A stretch of DNA of 64,000 nt from an uncultured Actinomycetota bacterium (GCA_963743915.1 CAVURN010000001.1:96001-160000), one strand, 5' to 3'. Positions 7,969-19,074 are shown, counted from the first letter of the stretch. Made by a program: numbers and translations. The notes: generated by a model from the sequence alone, not told the origin.

Positions 7969-8844
7969 TCAGGCGAGCGAGAGGCCGAGTCCCAGGGAGA
8001 GGCCGTAGAGCAGCTGGATGATGCCGGTGGCCTGCAGGACGGGGACCAGGGCGCCACCGGTGGCGCCGCCGACGACCGCCCCCAGGGGAGGCGCGGCAGG
8101 CACGAACGCGACCAGTGTGATGAGCGCCCACGGCGTCCAGCCGATCGCCGTCACGACGACGGCCACCAGCGCGGTGGTCATCAAGCCGACGTACACCCAG
8201 CGGGTCCCCCGGTCGCCGATCCGGACGGCCAGCGTCTGCTTGCCCGCGACAGCATCGGTGGGGATGTCGCGCAGGTTGTTGACGACCAGCAGCGCACAGG
8301 CCAGCGCACCCACGCCGGACGCCGTCACCAGTGCGAGCCATGACGCCTGCTCGGTCTGCACGTACGCCGTGCCGATGGTCGCCACGAGGCCGAAGAACAC
8401 GAAGACGCTGACCTCGCCCAGCCCCCGGTACCCGTACGGGGATGCCCCGCCGGTGTAGTACCAGGCCGCCAGCATGCAGGCTGCGCCCACGGCGAGAAGC
8501 CACCACTGCTCCGTCAGGACCACGATCACGAGCCCCGCGACTGCTCCCAGCAGGAAGGACGCGAACGCAGCGCGCCTCACCGCATCCGCTGACGCCGCGC
8601 CGGACGCCGTCAGCCGCATCGGCCCCACCCGATCCGCGTCCGTCCCCCTCACACCGTCGCTGTAGTCGTTGGCGTAGTTGACGCCCACCTGGAAGGCCAG
8701 GGCGACGACCAGGGCCAGCAGCGCCAGGACGGCGTCCGCGCCGCCCGCGTACGCCGCCACGCCGGTTCCGGCCGCGACCGGTGCCACCGCAGCAGGCAAG
8801 GTACGGGGACGGGCGCCGTGCCACCACTGTCCCGGTGTCGCCAT
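7969..8844 (-). CDS. menA: 1,4-dihydroxy-2-naphthoate polyprenyltransferase
   Basis: GARPRTLPAA, NYANDYSDG, NNLRDIPTD motifs; start trimmed to ATG 8844 with RBS. Confidence 0.95.
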   Translation of the reverse strand: MATPGQWWHGARPRTLPAAVAPVAAGTGVAAYAGGADAVLALLALVVALAFQVGVNYANDYSDGVRGTDADRVGPMRLTASGAASADAVRRAAFASFLLGAVAGLVIVVLTEQWWLLAVGAACMLAAWYYTGGASPYGYRGLGEVSVFVFFGLVATIGTAYVQTEQASWLALVTASGVGALACALLVVNNLRDIPTDAVAGKQTLAVRIGDRGTRWVYVGLMTTALVAVVVTAIGWTPWALITLVAFVPAAPPLGAVVGGATGGALVPVLQATGIIQLLYGLSLGLGLSLA

Positions 8845-8875
8845 CACACGCCTTTCGCTCAGGACAGGGCGCGAG

Positions 8876-10042
8876 TCATCGTGCCAGGTCGGCGACGAGC
8901 CGGCGCAGCGACACCCGGTCCGGCTTGCCGGACGGCAGCTGCGGCAGCGCATCGAGCGTCACGACCTGGCGGGGCAGCCAGGCGGTGGGCAGGGCGTCTC
9001 GGACCGCTGCGCGAACGGCGTCCAGCGTCGGTGTAGCAGGCCCTGTCAGCACCGCGACGACACGCTCTCCCCACGCCTCGTCGGGTACTCCGACCACAAC
9101 GACGCCGACGCCGGTCGCGGACTCCAGTGCGCGCTCGACGGCCTCGGCCGGCACGTTGACGCCACCGCTGATCACGACGTTGTCGACCCGACCATCGATC
9201 TGCAGCGCACCGGCGGCGTCCCAGTGTCCGAGGTCCGACGTGGTCAGCATCCCGTCCACGACCCCGGACGCCGTGCCGTCGCGGTATCCGTCGAACAGCA
9301 TCGGACCGGCGATCCGCACCACCGCGTCGTCACCGACCGTCACCTCCACCCCCGGCAGCGGGACTCCGTCGTAGACGCAGCCACCGCACGTCTCGGTCAT
9401 GCCGTAGGTGCGCACCACGGTGACGCCGGCGTCCTGTGCCCGGTTCAGCAGTGCCGGGGACGCCGCGGCACCGCCGAGCAGCACGGCGTCGAGCTGCCAG
9501 AGCGCCTCGACGCCCTCTCCGTCGTCGAGGAGCCGTTGCAGCTGGGTCGGCACCAGCGCGGTGTAGTGGGGCTGCTCGGACGCCGCGACGTCCAGCTCGC
9601 GCACGGCTTCAGCGAAGGCAGCGACGGTGAACCCGGTAGACGTGTCCAGCACCCCGGGGGGGAGGTCGGACCGCAGCGATCGCACCAGCACCTGCAGGCC
9701 GGCGATGTGCGTCGTCGGCAGCGCAAGCAGCCAGCGTCCTGGCCCACCGAGCGCTGCGTGCGTGGCGTCGGCCGAGAACGTCAGCGCAGCTCCGCTCAAC
9801 GCGGCCACGCGTGGCGCTCCGGTGCTGCCGGAGGTGGGGACGAGCAACGCGGAATCACCGGTCGGCTCGTCGATCCGGGCAGCGGCGAGCACCTGGTCGC
9901 GCTGAAGGCCGTCCGCCTCGACGGGCAGCAGCGCCGGGCCGTCGCCGGTCAGCGCGGAGGTGAGCCGCGGGAGGAACGCCGCCACCTCCTCCGCCGACGA
10001 CGGAGCGGTCACCACGTCCAGTGGATGCCGAGCGCTGGTCAC
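8876..10042 (-). CDS. menE: o-succinylbenzoate-CoA ligase
   Basis: [21 protein letters not shown] adenylate-forming motifs in men cluster; start approximate. Confidence 0.9.
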   Translation of the reverse strand: MTSARHPLDVVTAPSSAEEVAAFLPRLTSALTGDGPALLPVEADGLQRDQVLAAARIDEPTGDSALLVPTSGSTGAPRVAALSGAALTFSADATHAALGGPGRWLLALPTTHIAGLQVLVRSLRSDLPPGVLDTSTGFTVAAFAEAVRELDVAASEQPHYTALVPTQLQRLLDDGEGVEALWQLDAVLLGGAAASPALLNRAQDAGVTVVRTYGMTETCGGCVYDGVPLPGVEVTVGDDAVVRIAGPMLFDGYRDGTASGVVDGMLTTSDLGHWDAAGALQIDGRVDNVVISGGVNVPAEAVERALESATGVGVVVVGVPDEAWGERVVAVLTGPATPTLDAVRAAVRDALPTAWLPRQVVTLDALPQLPSGKPDRVSLRRLVADLAR

Positions 10043-10137
10043 CCGGGCATTCTTGCGCCTGTGCCGGTGTCGAGCCGCGCAGGCACCCGCCCCGCGCCGC
10101 CCGTACCCTGGGGGTCGATCCCGAAGGAGCATGTGCG

Positions 10138-11025
10138 ATGACCGACCAGGCTGGGCAGCTCGAGCACCCGGACGCCGCCACCACCATCAAGCCGGGCGCC
10201 GACTGGGTGCTGGCGGCCGACTACACCGACATCGAGTACCACGTCGCTGAGGGAATCGCGAAGATCACCATCAACCGTCCCGAGGTGAGGAACGCGTTCC
10301 GGCCCCAGACGCTGTTCGAGCTGTCCGACGCGTTCGACCGTGCGCGTGACGACGACACCGTCGGCGTCATCATCCTGACGGGCAAGGGCGACAAGGCGTT
10401 CTGCTCCGGTGGCGACCAGCGGATCCGCGGCGACGACGGGTACATCGGTGACGACGACGTCGCGCACAAGGGCATCGGACGCCTCAACGTGCTCGACCTG
10501 CAGGTGCAGATCCGGCGGACGCCGAAGCCGGTCGTCGCCATGATCGCCGGCTACGCCGTCGGGGGTGGGCACGTGCTGCACGTGGTGTGCGACCTTTCGA
10601 TCGCGGCCGAGAACGCGCGCTTCCAGCAGACCGGTCCGAAGGTCGGCTCGTTCGACGGCGGGTACGGCTCCGGCCTGCTGGCCCGGCACGTCGGTCAGAA
10701 ACGGGCGCGCGAGATCTGGTTCCTGTGCCGTCAGTACGACGCCGCCACTGCGCTCGACTGGGGGCTGGTCAACGCCGTCGTGCCGTTGGAGGAGCTCGAG
10801 GTCGAGACGGTGCAGTGGTGCCGCGAGATGCTGCAGCACTCGCCGCTCGCGCTCCGGATGCTGAAGGCGTCACTCAACGCTGCTGACGACGGTCTGGCCG
10901 GCATCCAGCAGCTCGCCGGTGACGCGACGCTGCTCTTCTACATGAGCGAAGAGGCACAAGAGGGACGCGACGCCTACGTGGCCAAGCGGAAGCCCGACTT
11001 CGGCAAGTTCCCCAAGCGGCCGTAG
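10138..11025 (+). CDS. menB: 1,4-dihydroxy-2-naphthoyl-CoA synthase
   Basis: [27 protein letters not shown] motifs. Confidence 0.97.
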   Translation: MTDQAGQLEHPDAATTIKPGADWVLAADYTDIEYHVAEGIAKITINRPEVRNAFRPQTLFELSDAFDRARDDDTVGVIILTGKGDKAFCSGGDQRIRGDDGYIGDDDVAHKGIGRLNVLDLQVQIRRTPKPVVAMIAGYAVGGGHVLHVVCDLSIAAENARFQQTGPKVGSFDGGYGSGLLARHVGQKRAREIWFLCRQYDAATALDWGLVNAVVPLEELEVETVQWCREMLQHSPLALRMLKASLNAADDGLAGIQQLAGDATLLFYMSEEAQEGRDAYVAKRKPDFGKFPKRP

Positions 11026-11030
11026 CGCCC

Positions 11031-12013
11031 GTGACCGCATTTCCGACCGCCGACGAGCTGCTGGACGGCGCCGTCGGTTTCTCGATCCCGCTCGTCACCA
11101 CCTTCCGTCGTACGCAGGTGCGAGAGGGACTCCTGCTCCGCGGACCCGCCGGCTGGGGTGAGTTCGCGCCGTTCCCGGAGTACGACGCCGGCGAGCCTCG
11201 GCGCGCTGGCTCTCGGCGGCGATCGAAGCGGCCTGGATCGGCTGGCCCGAGGCTGTGCGTGACATCGTGCGCGTGAACGCGATCGTTCCTGCGGTGGACG
11301 CCGAGACGGCCGGACGACTGAGCCGCGAGTCCGGCTGCACGGCGGTGAAGGTGAAGGTCGCCGAACCCGGTCAGTCACTCGAGGATGACGTCGCACGCGT
11401 GGCGTCCGTCCGCGAGGCGCTCGGTCGGGACGGTCGCATCCGCGTCGATGCCAACGGCGCCTGGACGACCGAGGAGGCTGTCGAGGCGCTGAATGCGATG
11501 GCGGCCTATGACCTCGAGTACGCAGAACAGCCGTGTGCGACGGTGGTCGAGTGCGCCGCGTTGCGACGTATCACCACCGTGCCGATCGCGATCGACGAGG
11601 CGGTGCGCACGGCTGACGACCCCCACCACGTGGTTGGTCTGCGTGAGGCCGCGGACCTGCTCGTGCTGAAAGTGCCCCCGCTCGGCGGCGTCCGGCCGGC
11701 ACTGGCGGTCGCTGACACCTACGGGCTGCCCTGCGTCGTCTCGTCGGCCCTCGACACGTCCGTTGGGCTGGCCGCCGGACTGGCGCTGGCGGGGTCCCTT
11801 CCTGAGCTTCCCTTCGCCTGTGGGCTCGGGTCCGGCCAGCTGCTCACCACCGACGTCGCCGCCGACCGGCTGTTACCTGTCGACGGTGCACTGCGGGTCC
11901 GCAGCGTCGCACCCACCCCGGACGCGCTGGACGCGGTGGCGATGAACCCCGCCGGGCTCGCCCACTGGCGGCGGCGCCTGCGCCAGGCACTGGACGCGCT
12001 CTCCGCGCACTAG
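11031..12013 (+). CDS. menC: o-succinylbenzoate synthase (frameshifted near 11190-11220)
   Basis: N-part WGEFAPFPEY (11031 ORF) joins C-part KVKVAE...RVDANGAW...EQP...DEA (11255 ORF). Confidence 0.88.
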
Positions 12014-12172
12014 CAACGCCAGGGCGCCACGGTCACGCCGCAGGACGGGGCATCGTGGCGCTCTGCCGTCGATTTCCCTCGATCCGCCGATCGACCGACG
12101 CCTCTGCCAGGTCGATACAGTCAACGCGTCGTCATCGTGCGCCCGCCGATCCGACCCTCCGAGAGGCAGCCC

Positions 12173-13891
12173 ATGAACCCGTCCACGGCACTGGCCACGG
12201 TGCTGGTCGACGAGCTGCTGCGTTGTGGCATGCGCGAGGCGGTGCTCGCCCCGGGCTCACGGTCGGCCGCTGTCGCGCTCGCACTGCAGGAGGCGGAGGC
12301 AGAGGGACGCATCCGGCTGCATGTCCGGATCGACGAGCGCAGCGCCGGATATCTCGGGCTGGGACTGGCGAAAGCGTCCGGCACGCCGGTTCCGGTGGTC
12401 ACCACATCCGGCACCGCCGCGGCGAACCTGCACCCCGCCGTCCTGGAGGCCGACCAGTCGGGCGTCCCGCTGCTGCTGCTGACTGCGGACCGACCACCTG
12501 AGCTGCGCTCCACGGGCGCGAATCAGACGATCGACCAGGTGAAGCTCTTCGGGGACGCCGTGCGGCTCTTCGCCGAGGTCGGGACGCCCGAGCGCGTCAC
12601 TGGTCTCACGGCGTACTGGCGAGCCCTCACCGGACGCGCATGGGCAGCGGCCCGAGGCACCCTCACCCGCAACCCCGGACCTGTCCACCTGAACCTCGCG
12701 TTCCGTGAGCCCCTGCTGCCGGATGGCGACTACGACTGGCCGGAACCCCTCGGGGGACGGGCGCACAACGCACCGTGGGTCTCCGCAGAGGATCCGGTCG
12801 TCGTCGCACCCAACGTCCGGCTGCCCGCGCGGACGCTGGTGATCGTGGGCGACGCGGCGCCCGCGCTCGGACGTGCTGCCGCGGTGCTCGCCGAGGAGCA
12901 CGGATGGCCGATCATCAGCGAGCCCAGCGGGAACGCGCGTAGCGGCGCCCACGCCATCTCGACCGGTGCGTGGTTGCTCGAGGTGGACGCCTTCGTCAAC
13001 GCGGCGCGCCCTGACCAGGTGCTCGTGGTCGGACGCCCCACCCTGTCGCGGGCCGTCCTCCGCATCCTCCGTGACCCGCGCTCGACGGTGACGGTGGTCG
13101 CAGCGACGGCGAGCTGGGCCGACCCCACCCGCACGGCAGCGCAGGTGCTCCCTGCCCTGCCAGCAGCGGACGGCCATCACGAGCCGGATGCGGAGTGGCT
13201 GTCGCTGTGGCAGGACGCTGAACGCGCGGCCCGGACCGCGATCGACCGCGCGCTCGAGGACGACAGCGCCGCTGAGCTCGGCCTGGCCAGCGGGTTGTAT
13301 GCAGCGCTTCCTGCCGACGCGCTGCTCTTCCTCGGCTCGTCCATGCCGGTGCGTGACGTCTTCGCCGCCGCCGCACCCCGTGACGGCGTCACGGTGCTGG
13401 CCAACCGCGGCGCAGCCGGGATAGACGGCACGGTGTCGTCCGCGATCGGCGCCGCACTCGCGTGGCAGCGCGATGGTGGTGGTCGCGCCTTCGCGCTCAT
13501 GGGAGACCTGACCGCGCTCCACGACGCGAACGGTCTGGTGCTCGGGCCGGACGAGCAGGAACCCGACCTCACGATCGTGGTCGTCAACAACGACGGCGGC
13601 GCGATCTTCTCTCTGCTCGAGCAGGGCGCGGACGACTACGCCGACGCCTTCGAGAGGGTCTTCGGGACGCCGCACGGCGTCGATCTCGCCGCATGGTGCG
13701 GCGCCACCCAGACTCCGCACACCCGCACCGGATCAGTGGCAGCAGCGCTTGACGCCATCCTTGATCCGCGAGGGAGCGGCATTCGGGTGGTTGAGCTGCG
13801 TACTGATCGGGCTGCGGTCGCCCGCGTCCGACGCGACCTGCGCGAGAGCATCCGCGCCGCGGTTCCCCCCGCCCTCGACGACAACACGTGA
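12173..13891 (+). CDS. menD: SEPHCHC synthase
   Basis: PGSRS, IDERSA, TSGTAAAN, ANRGAAGIDG, GDL...NN TPP motif. Confidence 0.96.
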   Translation: MNPSTALATVLVDELLRCGMREAVLAPGSRSAAVALALQEAEAEGRIRLHVRIDERSAGYLGLGLAKASGTPVPVVTTSGTAAANLHPAVLEADQSGVPLLLLTADRPPELRSTGANQTIDQVKLFGDAVRLFAEVGTPERVTGLTAYWRALTGRAWAAARGTLTRNPGPVHLNLAFREPLLPDGDYDWPEPLGGRAHNAPWVSAEDPVVVAPNVRLPARTLVIVGDAAPALGRAAAVLAEEHGWPIISEPSGNARSGAHAISTGAWLLEVDAFVNAARPDQVLVVGRPTLSRAVLRILRDPRSTVTVVAATASWADPTRTAAQVLPALPAADGHHEPDAEWLSLWQDAERAARTAIDRALEDDSAAELGLASGLYAALPADALLFLGSSMPVRDVFAAAAPRDGVTVLANRGAAGIDGTVSSAIGAALAWQRDGGGRAFALMGDLTALHDANGLVLGPDEQEPDLTIVVVNNDGGAIFSLLEQGADDYADAFERVFGTPHGVDLAAWCGATQTPHTRTGSVAAALDAILDPRGSGIRVVELRTDRAAVARVRRDLRESIRAAVPPALDDNT

Positions 13892-13944
13892 GCTGGACGC
13901 CACCAGGAGGGCGTTGAACCCACGCGTTGCGCGAGGGTGTCGGC

Positions 13945-14919
13945 TCAGCCGGCCTTGGCCTTGCGCGTCTCCTCGACGATCGCCGGCAGCACCTTGCTGA
14001 CGTCGCCGATGATCGCGTAGTCGGCGTACCCCATGATCGCGGCCTCGGGGTCGGTGTTGATCACGATCATCGTCTTGGAGTTGCGACAACCGGCGATGTG
14101 CTGAGTGGCGCCACTGATGCCGCACGCGATGTAGAGGTCCGGAGCCACCTTGGTACCCGTCTGCCCGACCTGCTCGGTGTGCGGGCGCCATCCGTTGCCG
14201 GTGACGACGCGCGAGCAGCCCACCGTGCCGCCCAACAGCTCGGCGAGCTCCTCGAGCGGTGCGAAGCCCTCGGCGCTGCCGACACCACGACCGCCTGACA
14301 CGACGACCTTGGCGTCGGCGAGCGAGACACCGGACGCCTCGGCGGACGCCGCAGCAGGCTTGGCGAGGACCAACAGGTCTGTGTCGGAGAGCTCGGGAGT
14401 GAACTCGGTCACGGTGCCCGCACCGGAGCCGCCCGGTTCGGCCGCCACGGTGTGCGGCACGAGTGTCACCAGCGCGGGGGACCCGTGCAGGTTGGCCTCC
14501 TCGATGAGACTGCCACCCCAGCGCGAACGCACCACCTGCGTCGGCGACCCAGGAGCCACCTTCACGCAGTCGGCAGCCACAGGAAGGTCGGTCAGCGCAC
14601 CGAGATGCGCCATGACCTCGTTGCCACGCGGAGTGCCGGCGGCCAGGACGAGGGTGGCGCCGGTGCGCTCGGCCACCTGTGCGGCGGCGCGGGCCGAAGC
14701 CACGGGTGCGTACTCGGTGAGGGCGTCATGCGCGGCGAGGTGCACCGTCGCCACCCCGTGCTCGCCCAGCGTTGCGCTGCCGTCGCGGCCGTCGGCACCG
14801 ACGACCAGGGCGTCGAGCGGCTCACCGGTGGACGCCGCGAGCTCGCGTCCGTAGGTGACGGCCTGCAGCGACAGCTCGTCGAGCTGGCCGTGGTCATGGT
14901 CGATGAGGACGAGCACCAT
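13945..14919 (-). CDS. etfA: Electron transfer flavoprotein alpha subunit
   Basis: VVSGGRGVG, QVGQTG, GISGATQH, INTDPEA motifs. Confidence 0.95.
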   Translation of the reverse strand: MVLVLIDHDHGQLDELSLQAVTYGRELAASTGEPLDALVVGADGRDGSATLGEHGVATVHLAAHDALTEYAPVASARAAAQVAERTGATLVLAAGTPRGNEVMAHLGALTDLPVAADCVKVAPGSPTQVVRSRWGGSLIEEANLHGSPALVTLVPHTVAAEPGGSGAGTVTEFTPELSDTDLLVLAKPAAASAEASGVSLADAKVVVSGGRGVGSAEGFAPLEELAELLGGTVGCSRVVTGNGWRPHTEQVGQTGTKVAPDLYIACGISGATQHIAGCRNSKTMIVINTDPEAAIMGYADYAIIGDVSKVLPAIVEETRKAKAG

Positions 14920-14920
14920 G

Positions 14921-15688
14921 TCAGATCACCCCGATCTGCTTGAAGATCTCGACCACGGCAGGGGCGGCCTCCGGGCCGTTGCCCAGCACCTGCGCGTGCT
15001 TGGCCTCGGTGACGGGCACCTCGAGCCGGGTCTTCTCCAGCTTCGGCTCCGGACGTTCGGGGTTCAGCCGCTCGATCGGCTTCTTCTTCGCACGGATACG
15101 TCCGGGCACGGACGGGTAGCGCGGGATGTTGAGCCCGTCGAGCACCGTGACGACGGCCGGCAGCGGTACGTCGTACTGCTCCACTCCGGACTTGACCGGT
15201 CGTTCGAAGGTGGCTGTGTAATCCGGGCCACCTCCGATCGCAATGCCCTTGACACCGGTCACCACAGGCTGTCCGAGCTTGTGCGCCACCCGGATGCCCA
15301 CCTGGTAGCCGGAAGCATCAGCCGACTCGTTACCCATGATGACGAGGTCGAAGTCGGTCTCGTCGGCATTGATCGCGTCAGCGATCGCGGACGCCGTCGC
15401 CTGCGGGTCCCACTCCTGGCCGTCAGTCTCGAGCAGAATGCCGCGATCGGCGCCGATCGCCATCTGCTCGCGGATCTGCTCCTCGGCCTCGGGTGGTCCG
15501 AGAGTCAGCACCGTGACGCTGCCCTCGCCGGCCTTTTCCACGATGCGCACCGCCTCCTCGACGGCCACCTCCTCGTGCGGGCTGATCGTGAATCCGAGCT
15601 TGGCCGACTCGATGTCGCGACCGTCCTCGGTGATCGTGAACTTGCCCCCGGACAGGGGGACGCGCTTGATGCAGACGAGAACATCCAT
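14921..15688 (-). CDS. etfB: Electron transfer flavoprotein beta subunit
   Basis: MDVLVCIKRVP start, AIGADRG, NIPRYPS; ATG overlaps the upstream TGA. Confidence 0.93.
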   Translation of the reverse strand: MDVLVCIKRVPLSGGKFTITEDGRDIESAKLGFTISPHEEVAVEEAVRIVEKAGEGSVTVLTLGPPEAEEQIREQMAIGADRGILLETDGQEWDPQATASAIADAINADETDFDLVIMGNESADASGYQVGIRVAHKLGQPVVTGVKGIAIGGGPDYTATFERPVKSGVEQYDVPLPAVVTVLDGLNIPRYPSVPGRIRAKKKPIERLNPERPEPKLEKTRLEVPVTEAKHAQVLGNGPEAAPAVVEIFKQIGVI

Positions 15689-18207
15689 CAGGAGAGAATC
15701 CGCTCGTTCTTGGGGTCGAACAGGGGAGTGGCTCCGGCCACCGCGACGGTCACCGGGTAGTGGTCGCCGAGGTACTCGACGACGAGCTTGGTGCCTTCCT
15801 TCGCGTACTCCGGCGGCAGGTAGCTCATCAGCACGTGTTTGCCGACCGACGGTGCTGAACCCGCGCTGGTGACGAACGATCGACGTCCGTGCGCGTCGGT
15901 GATCGGTTCCTTCTCCAACGTGAGGATGGGTTCCTTGCCCATCATGTAGCGCTTCTCGCCGGTGCTGCTGGTGTGGTCGTCGACCGTGAGCGAACACAGC
16001 GTCGCCACAGGATCTTCACTTCGGTGCTTGAGGTGCGACTCCTTGCCGATGAAGTCCGCCTCCTTGACCTTCGGCGGTGCCATTCCGGCCTCGACGACGT
16101 TGAACTCGGTCTCGAGTTCGGTGCCGAAGGCTCGGTAGCCCTTCTCCATGCGGCCGGTCGTGCCATACACGCCGATGCCCACCGGGATCAGGCCGTGCGA
16201 CTGGCCGGCCTCCCAAAGGGCGTCCCACAGCTGGGCGCCCTGCTCCATCGGCACGTACAGCTCCCAGCCAAGGTCGCCGACGTACGAGATGCGCGACGCG
16301 AGCACCTTGAGAGATCCGATTTCGATCGTCTTGCACGTTCCGAACTTGAAGCCCTCGTGCGAGACGTCGTCGCGGGTGATCGACTCGAGGATCCGACGCG
16401 CGTTGGGCCCCCAGATGCCGAGCGTCGTGAGCGACGAGGTGAGGTCGGTGATCTGCGCCGTGCCGTCCTCCGGCAGGTGGTCGCGGAACCACTTCAGGTC
16501 TGCCATGCCGTGCGCTCCGCCAGTGACGACGCGGAAGTGGTCGTGCCCGAGGCGCATGACGGTGAGGTCTGACTTGAACCCCCCGTTCGCCGACAGCACC
16601 GGGGTGTAGACCACACGGCCGACTGGGACGTCCATCTGTCGCATGCAGACCAGCTGCACGGTGTCGAGTGCACCGGGGCCCTGGATGTCGAACTCGACGA
16701 AGGCGGTCAGGTCGACCAGGCCGGCCGTCTCGCGCATCTGCAGGTGCTCGGCGTTGATGATCGGCGACCACCAGCGTGACTCCCACTCGGCGGTGCGTGG
16801 CATGACAGCGTCGCCGAACTTCTCGAGGAGCCCTGCGTTGGACTCGTACCAGAAGGGGCGCTCCCAACCGACGGTCTCGTAGAACTCCGCACCGAGCGCC
16901 TTCTGGCGCTCGTAGTACGGCGACAGACGGACGTTGCGGTTGGACGCCCACTGCTCGTTGGGGTGCACGATGCCGTAGGTCTTGTTGAAGCCCTCGGCAG
17001 TGCGCTCCTTGATGTGCTTACGGGTCTTCTGGTGGTCGTAGAAGCGGGCGATGTCGGACGCCTGAAGGTCGATCTCGGACTCGCCGAGCACCATCCACTC
17101 CGACACCGCCTTGCCGATACCTGGGCCCTCCTTGATCCACACGGCGGACACCGACCAGAGGTTCTTCACCTCGGGGGTCTCACCGAGCAGCGGCATGCCG
17201 TCCGGCGTCAACGACAGCAGTCCGTTGATGGCGTACTTCTGGCCGACCGTCTCGTCGCCCACGATCTCGGGCATGAGCTCGAGGGCCTGCTCGTACTGGA
17301 GCTCGAAGTCTTCAGCGGTGAAGGGGAACTCGGTGGGGGACAGCTGAGCTTCTTCGACCGACGGAAGCTCTTCAGGGTCGTGCAGGATCGCGCGGTGCGC
17401 GTACGATCCGATCTCGAGTCCGTTGCCGTGCTGGCGCTCGTACATGTTGGTGTCCATGTCGCGGACGATCGGGTGCTCGATGTCCCCCTTGGCGTCGGCA
17501 AAACGGGGGACCGGGCCGACGTCGATCATCTGGTGGACGGCGGGGGTCAGCGGGATGGACGCCCCTGCCATCTTGGCCAGACGCGGTCCCCAGAGACCGG
17601 TCGCGATGACGACGTACTCGGCCTCGATGGTTCCGTTGTCGGTCTCGACAGCCTTGATCTGGCCGTTCTCGACGACCATGCCGGTGACCTCGGTGTTGGC
17701 GAAGGTCTGCAGGGCGCCCATCTCCTGCGCCCTCTCGCGCATGATCGTGCCCGCCCGGAGCGAATCGACGACGCCGACGCCCGGTGTGTAGAAGCCGCCG
17801 AGGATGACGTCCGGGTCCATGTACGGCACGAGCTCGACGCACTCGGCGGGTGTGAGCATCTTGCAGCCGGGGATGCCGAATGACTTCGACGACTGCATGC
17901 GACGCTGCAGCTCCTGCATCCGCTCCTCGGTGCGGGCGACCTCGATCCCGCCGCACTCGGTGAAGACGCCCATCTCCTTGTACTGGTGCACGCTGTCGAA
18001 CGTCAGCAGCGCCATCTCTTTGCTGTGGTCCACCGGGAAGATGAAGTTGGACGCGTGGCCCGTCGAGCCACCGGGGTTGGGCAGCGGACCCTTGTCGATC
18101 TGCACCAGGTCGGTCCAGCCAAGACGGGCCAGGTGGTAGGCCATGGAGTTGCCGACGATGCCGGCTCCGATGATGACGGCCTTCGCCCGCGAGGGGAGGG
18201 TGCTCAT
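15688..18207 (-). CDS. Dimethylglycine/sarcosine dehydrogenase-like flavoprotein (DAO + GcvT folate-binding domains)
   Basis: GAGIVG FAD motif, GGSTGHA with the covalent-FAD His, TPDGMPLLGE, SYVGDLGWELY, 839 aa. Confidence 0.88.
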   Translation of the reverse strand: MSTLPSRAKAVIIGAGIVGNSMAYHLARLGWTDLVQIDKGPLPNPGGSTGHASNFIFPVDHSKEMALLTFDSVHQYKEMGVFTECGGIEVARTEERMQELQRRMQSSKSFGIPGCKMLTPAECVELVPYMDPDVILGGFYTPGVGVVDSLRAGTIMRERAQEMGALQTFANTEVTGMVVENGQIKAVETDNGTIEAEYVVIATGLWGPRLAKMAGASIPLTPAVHQMIDVGPVPRFADAKGDIEHPIVRDMDTNMYERQHGNGLEIGSYAHRAILHDPEELPSVEEAQLSPTEFPFTAEDFELQYEQALELMPEIVGDETVGQKYAINGLLSLTPDGMPLLGETPEVKNLWSVSAVWIKEGPGIGKAVSEWMVLGESEIDLQASDIARFYDHQKTRKHIKERTAEGFNKTYGIVHPNEQWASNRNVRLSPYYERQKALGAEFYETVGWERPFWYESNAGLLEKFGDAVMPRTAEWESRWWSPIINAEHLQMRETAGLVDLTAFVEFDIQGPGALDTVQLVCMRQMDVPVGRVVYTPVLSANGGFKSDLTVMRLGHDHFRVVTGGAHGMADLKWFRDHLPEDGTAQITDLTSSLTTLGIWGPNARRILESITRDDVSHEGFKFGTCKTIEIGSLKVLASRISYVGDLGWELYVPMEQGAQLWDALWEAGQSHGLIPVGIGVYGTTGRMEKGYRAFGTELETEFNVVEAGMAPPKVKEADFIGKESHLKHRSEDPVATLCSLTVDDHTSSTGEKRYMMGKEPILTLEKEPITDAHGRRSFVTSAGSAPSVGKHVLMSYLPPEYAKEGTKLVVEYLGDHYPVTVAVAGATPLFDPKNERILS

Positions 18208-18238
18208 GTCGGCGTGCCTTTCGTTCGTGTGTGCTGGT

Positions 18239-18910
18239 TCAGAGCGACCGGCGGATCGAGCTTTCGAACCCGTCGATGTGGGCGTGCATGACCGAGGCGG
18301 CGCGCTCAGGGTCGCCGTCCCGGATGGCTTCGAGGATGTTGCGGTGCTCGAGTACGGCGTCCTCGAGGTTTGTCACTTTGTCGAGGGACAGGAACCAGAT
18401 GCGCAGGGCGTGCATGTAGTGCTCGTCGAGGACCGACTCGAGGAACGCGTTGTGCGCCGCGTGGTACACGAAGCGGTGGATCCGCTGGTCGATCTCGATG
18501 AGCCGTCGCCCGACCGGCTTGACGCTGACGGCGTCGAGCTCGCCAAGAAGGGCCACGAGCTCGACCCGCTCGCCCTCGGTGCGGCGCTCGGCGGCGAGGC
18601 GGGCAGCAAACGGCTCGAGGACCCCGCGTACCTCAGACAGTGCAGCGAGGTCACGGGCGTCCGCCGACGAGACGAACATGCCCCGACGCGGGTAGACCTC
18701 GACCAGCTTGGCCTGCGCGAGTGCGCGGAGCGCCTCGCGGATGGGGGTGCGGCCGAGGCCGAGCCGCTCCATCAGCTCGCGCTCGTCGAGCAGACTGCCC
18801 GGCGGCAGCTCGAGGGTGACGATCAGCTCGCGCAGCGCGAAGAACGCCTGCTCGGACTGGGAGCGGGCGTCCGCGGCGTCGGGCTGGAGGATCTCGACCG
18901 ATGAGGTCAC
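18239..18910 (-). CDS. GntR family regulator (FCD domain)
   Basis: LGLGRTPIREAL wHTH; EHRNILEAIRDGD FCD signature. Confidence 0.93.
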   Translation of the reverse strand: MTSSVEILQPDAADARSQSEQAFFALRELIVTLELPPGSLLDERELMERLGLGRTPIREALRALAQAKLVEVYPRRGMFVSSADARDLAALSEVRGVLEPFAARLAAERRTEGERVELVALLGELDAVSVKPVGRRLIEIDQRIHRFVYHAAHNAFLESVLDEHYMHALRIWFLSLDKVTNLEDAVLEHRNILEAIRDGDPERAASVMHAHIDGFESSIRRSL

Positions 18911-18915
18911 GCGAT

Positions 18916-18925
18916 AGATATATCA
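18916..18925. promoter_or_regulatory. Possible GntR operator
   Basis: AT-rich palindrome aGATATATCa immediately upstream of the gntR start in very GC-rich DNA. Confidence 0.4.
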
Positions 18926-19003
18926 GTCACCACAGATGCTGTATACCCCCCGACGACCCTGGTTCCACCGGATGAAATGCCCGAGGAGGATCCTCGCTGA
19001 CAC

Positions 19004-19058
19004 GATCTTGAGGTTGGGGGCAGACACGTGCGGTGTGTCTGCCCCCAACCTCAAGATC
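19004..19058. terminator. Perfect 24-bp stem hairpin (terminator or REP-like)
   Basis: GATCTTGAGGTTGGGGGCAGACAC-gtgcggt-GTGTCTGCCCCCAACCTCAAGATC, 16 nt downstream of the methyltransferase stop. Confidence 0.7.
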
Positions 19059-19074
19059 AAGAGGGACTTTGGGC

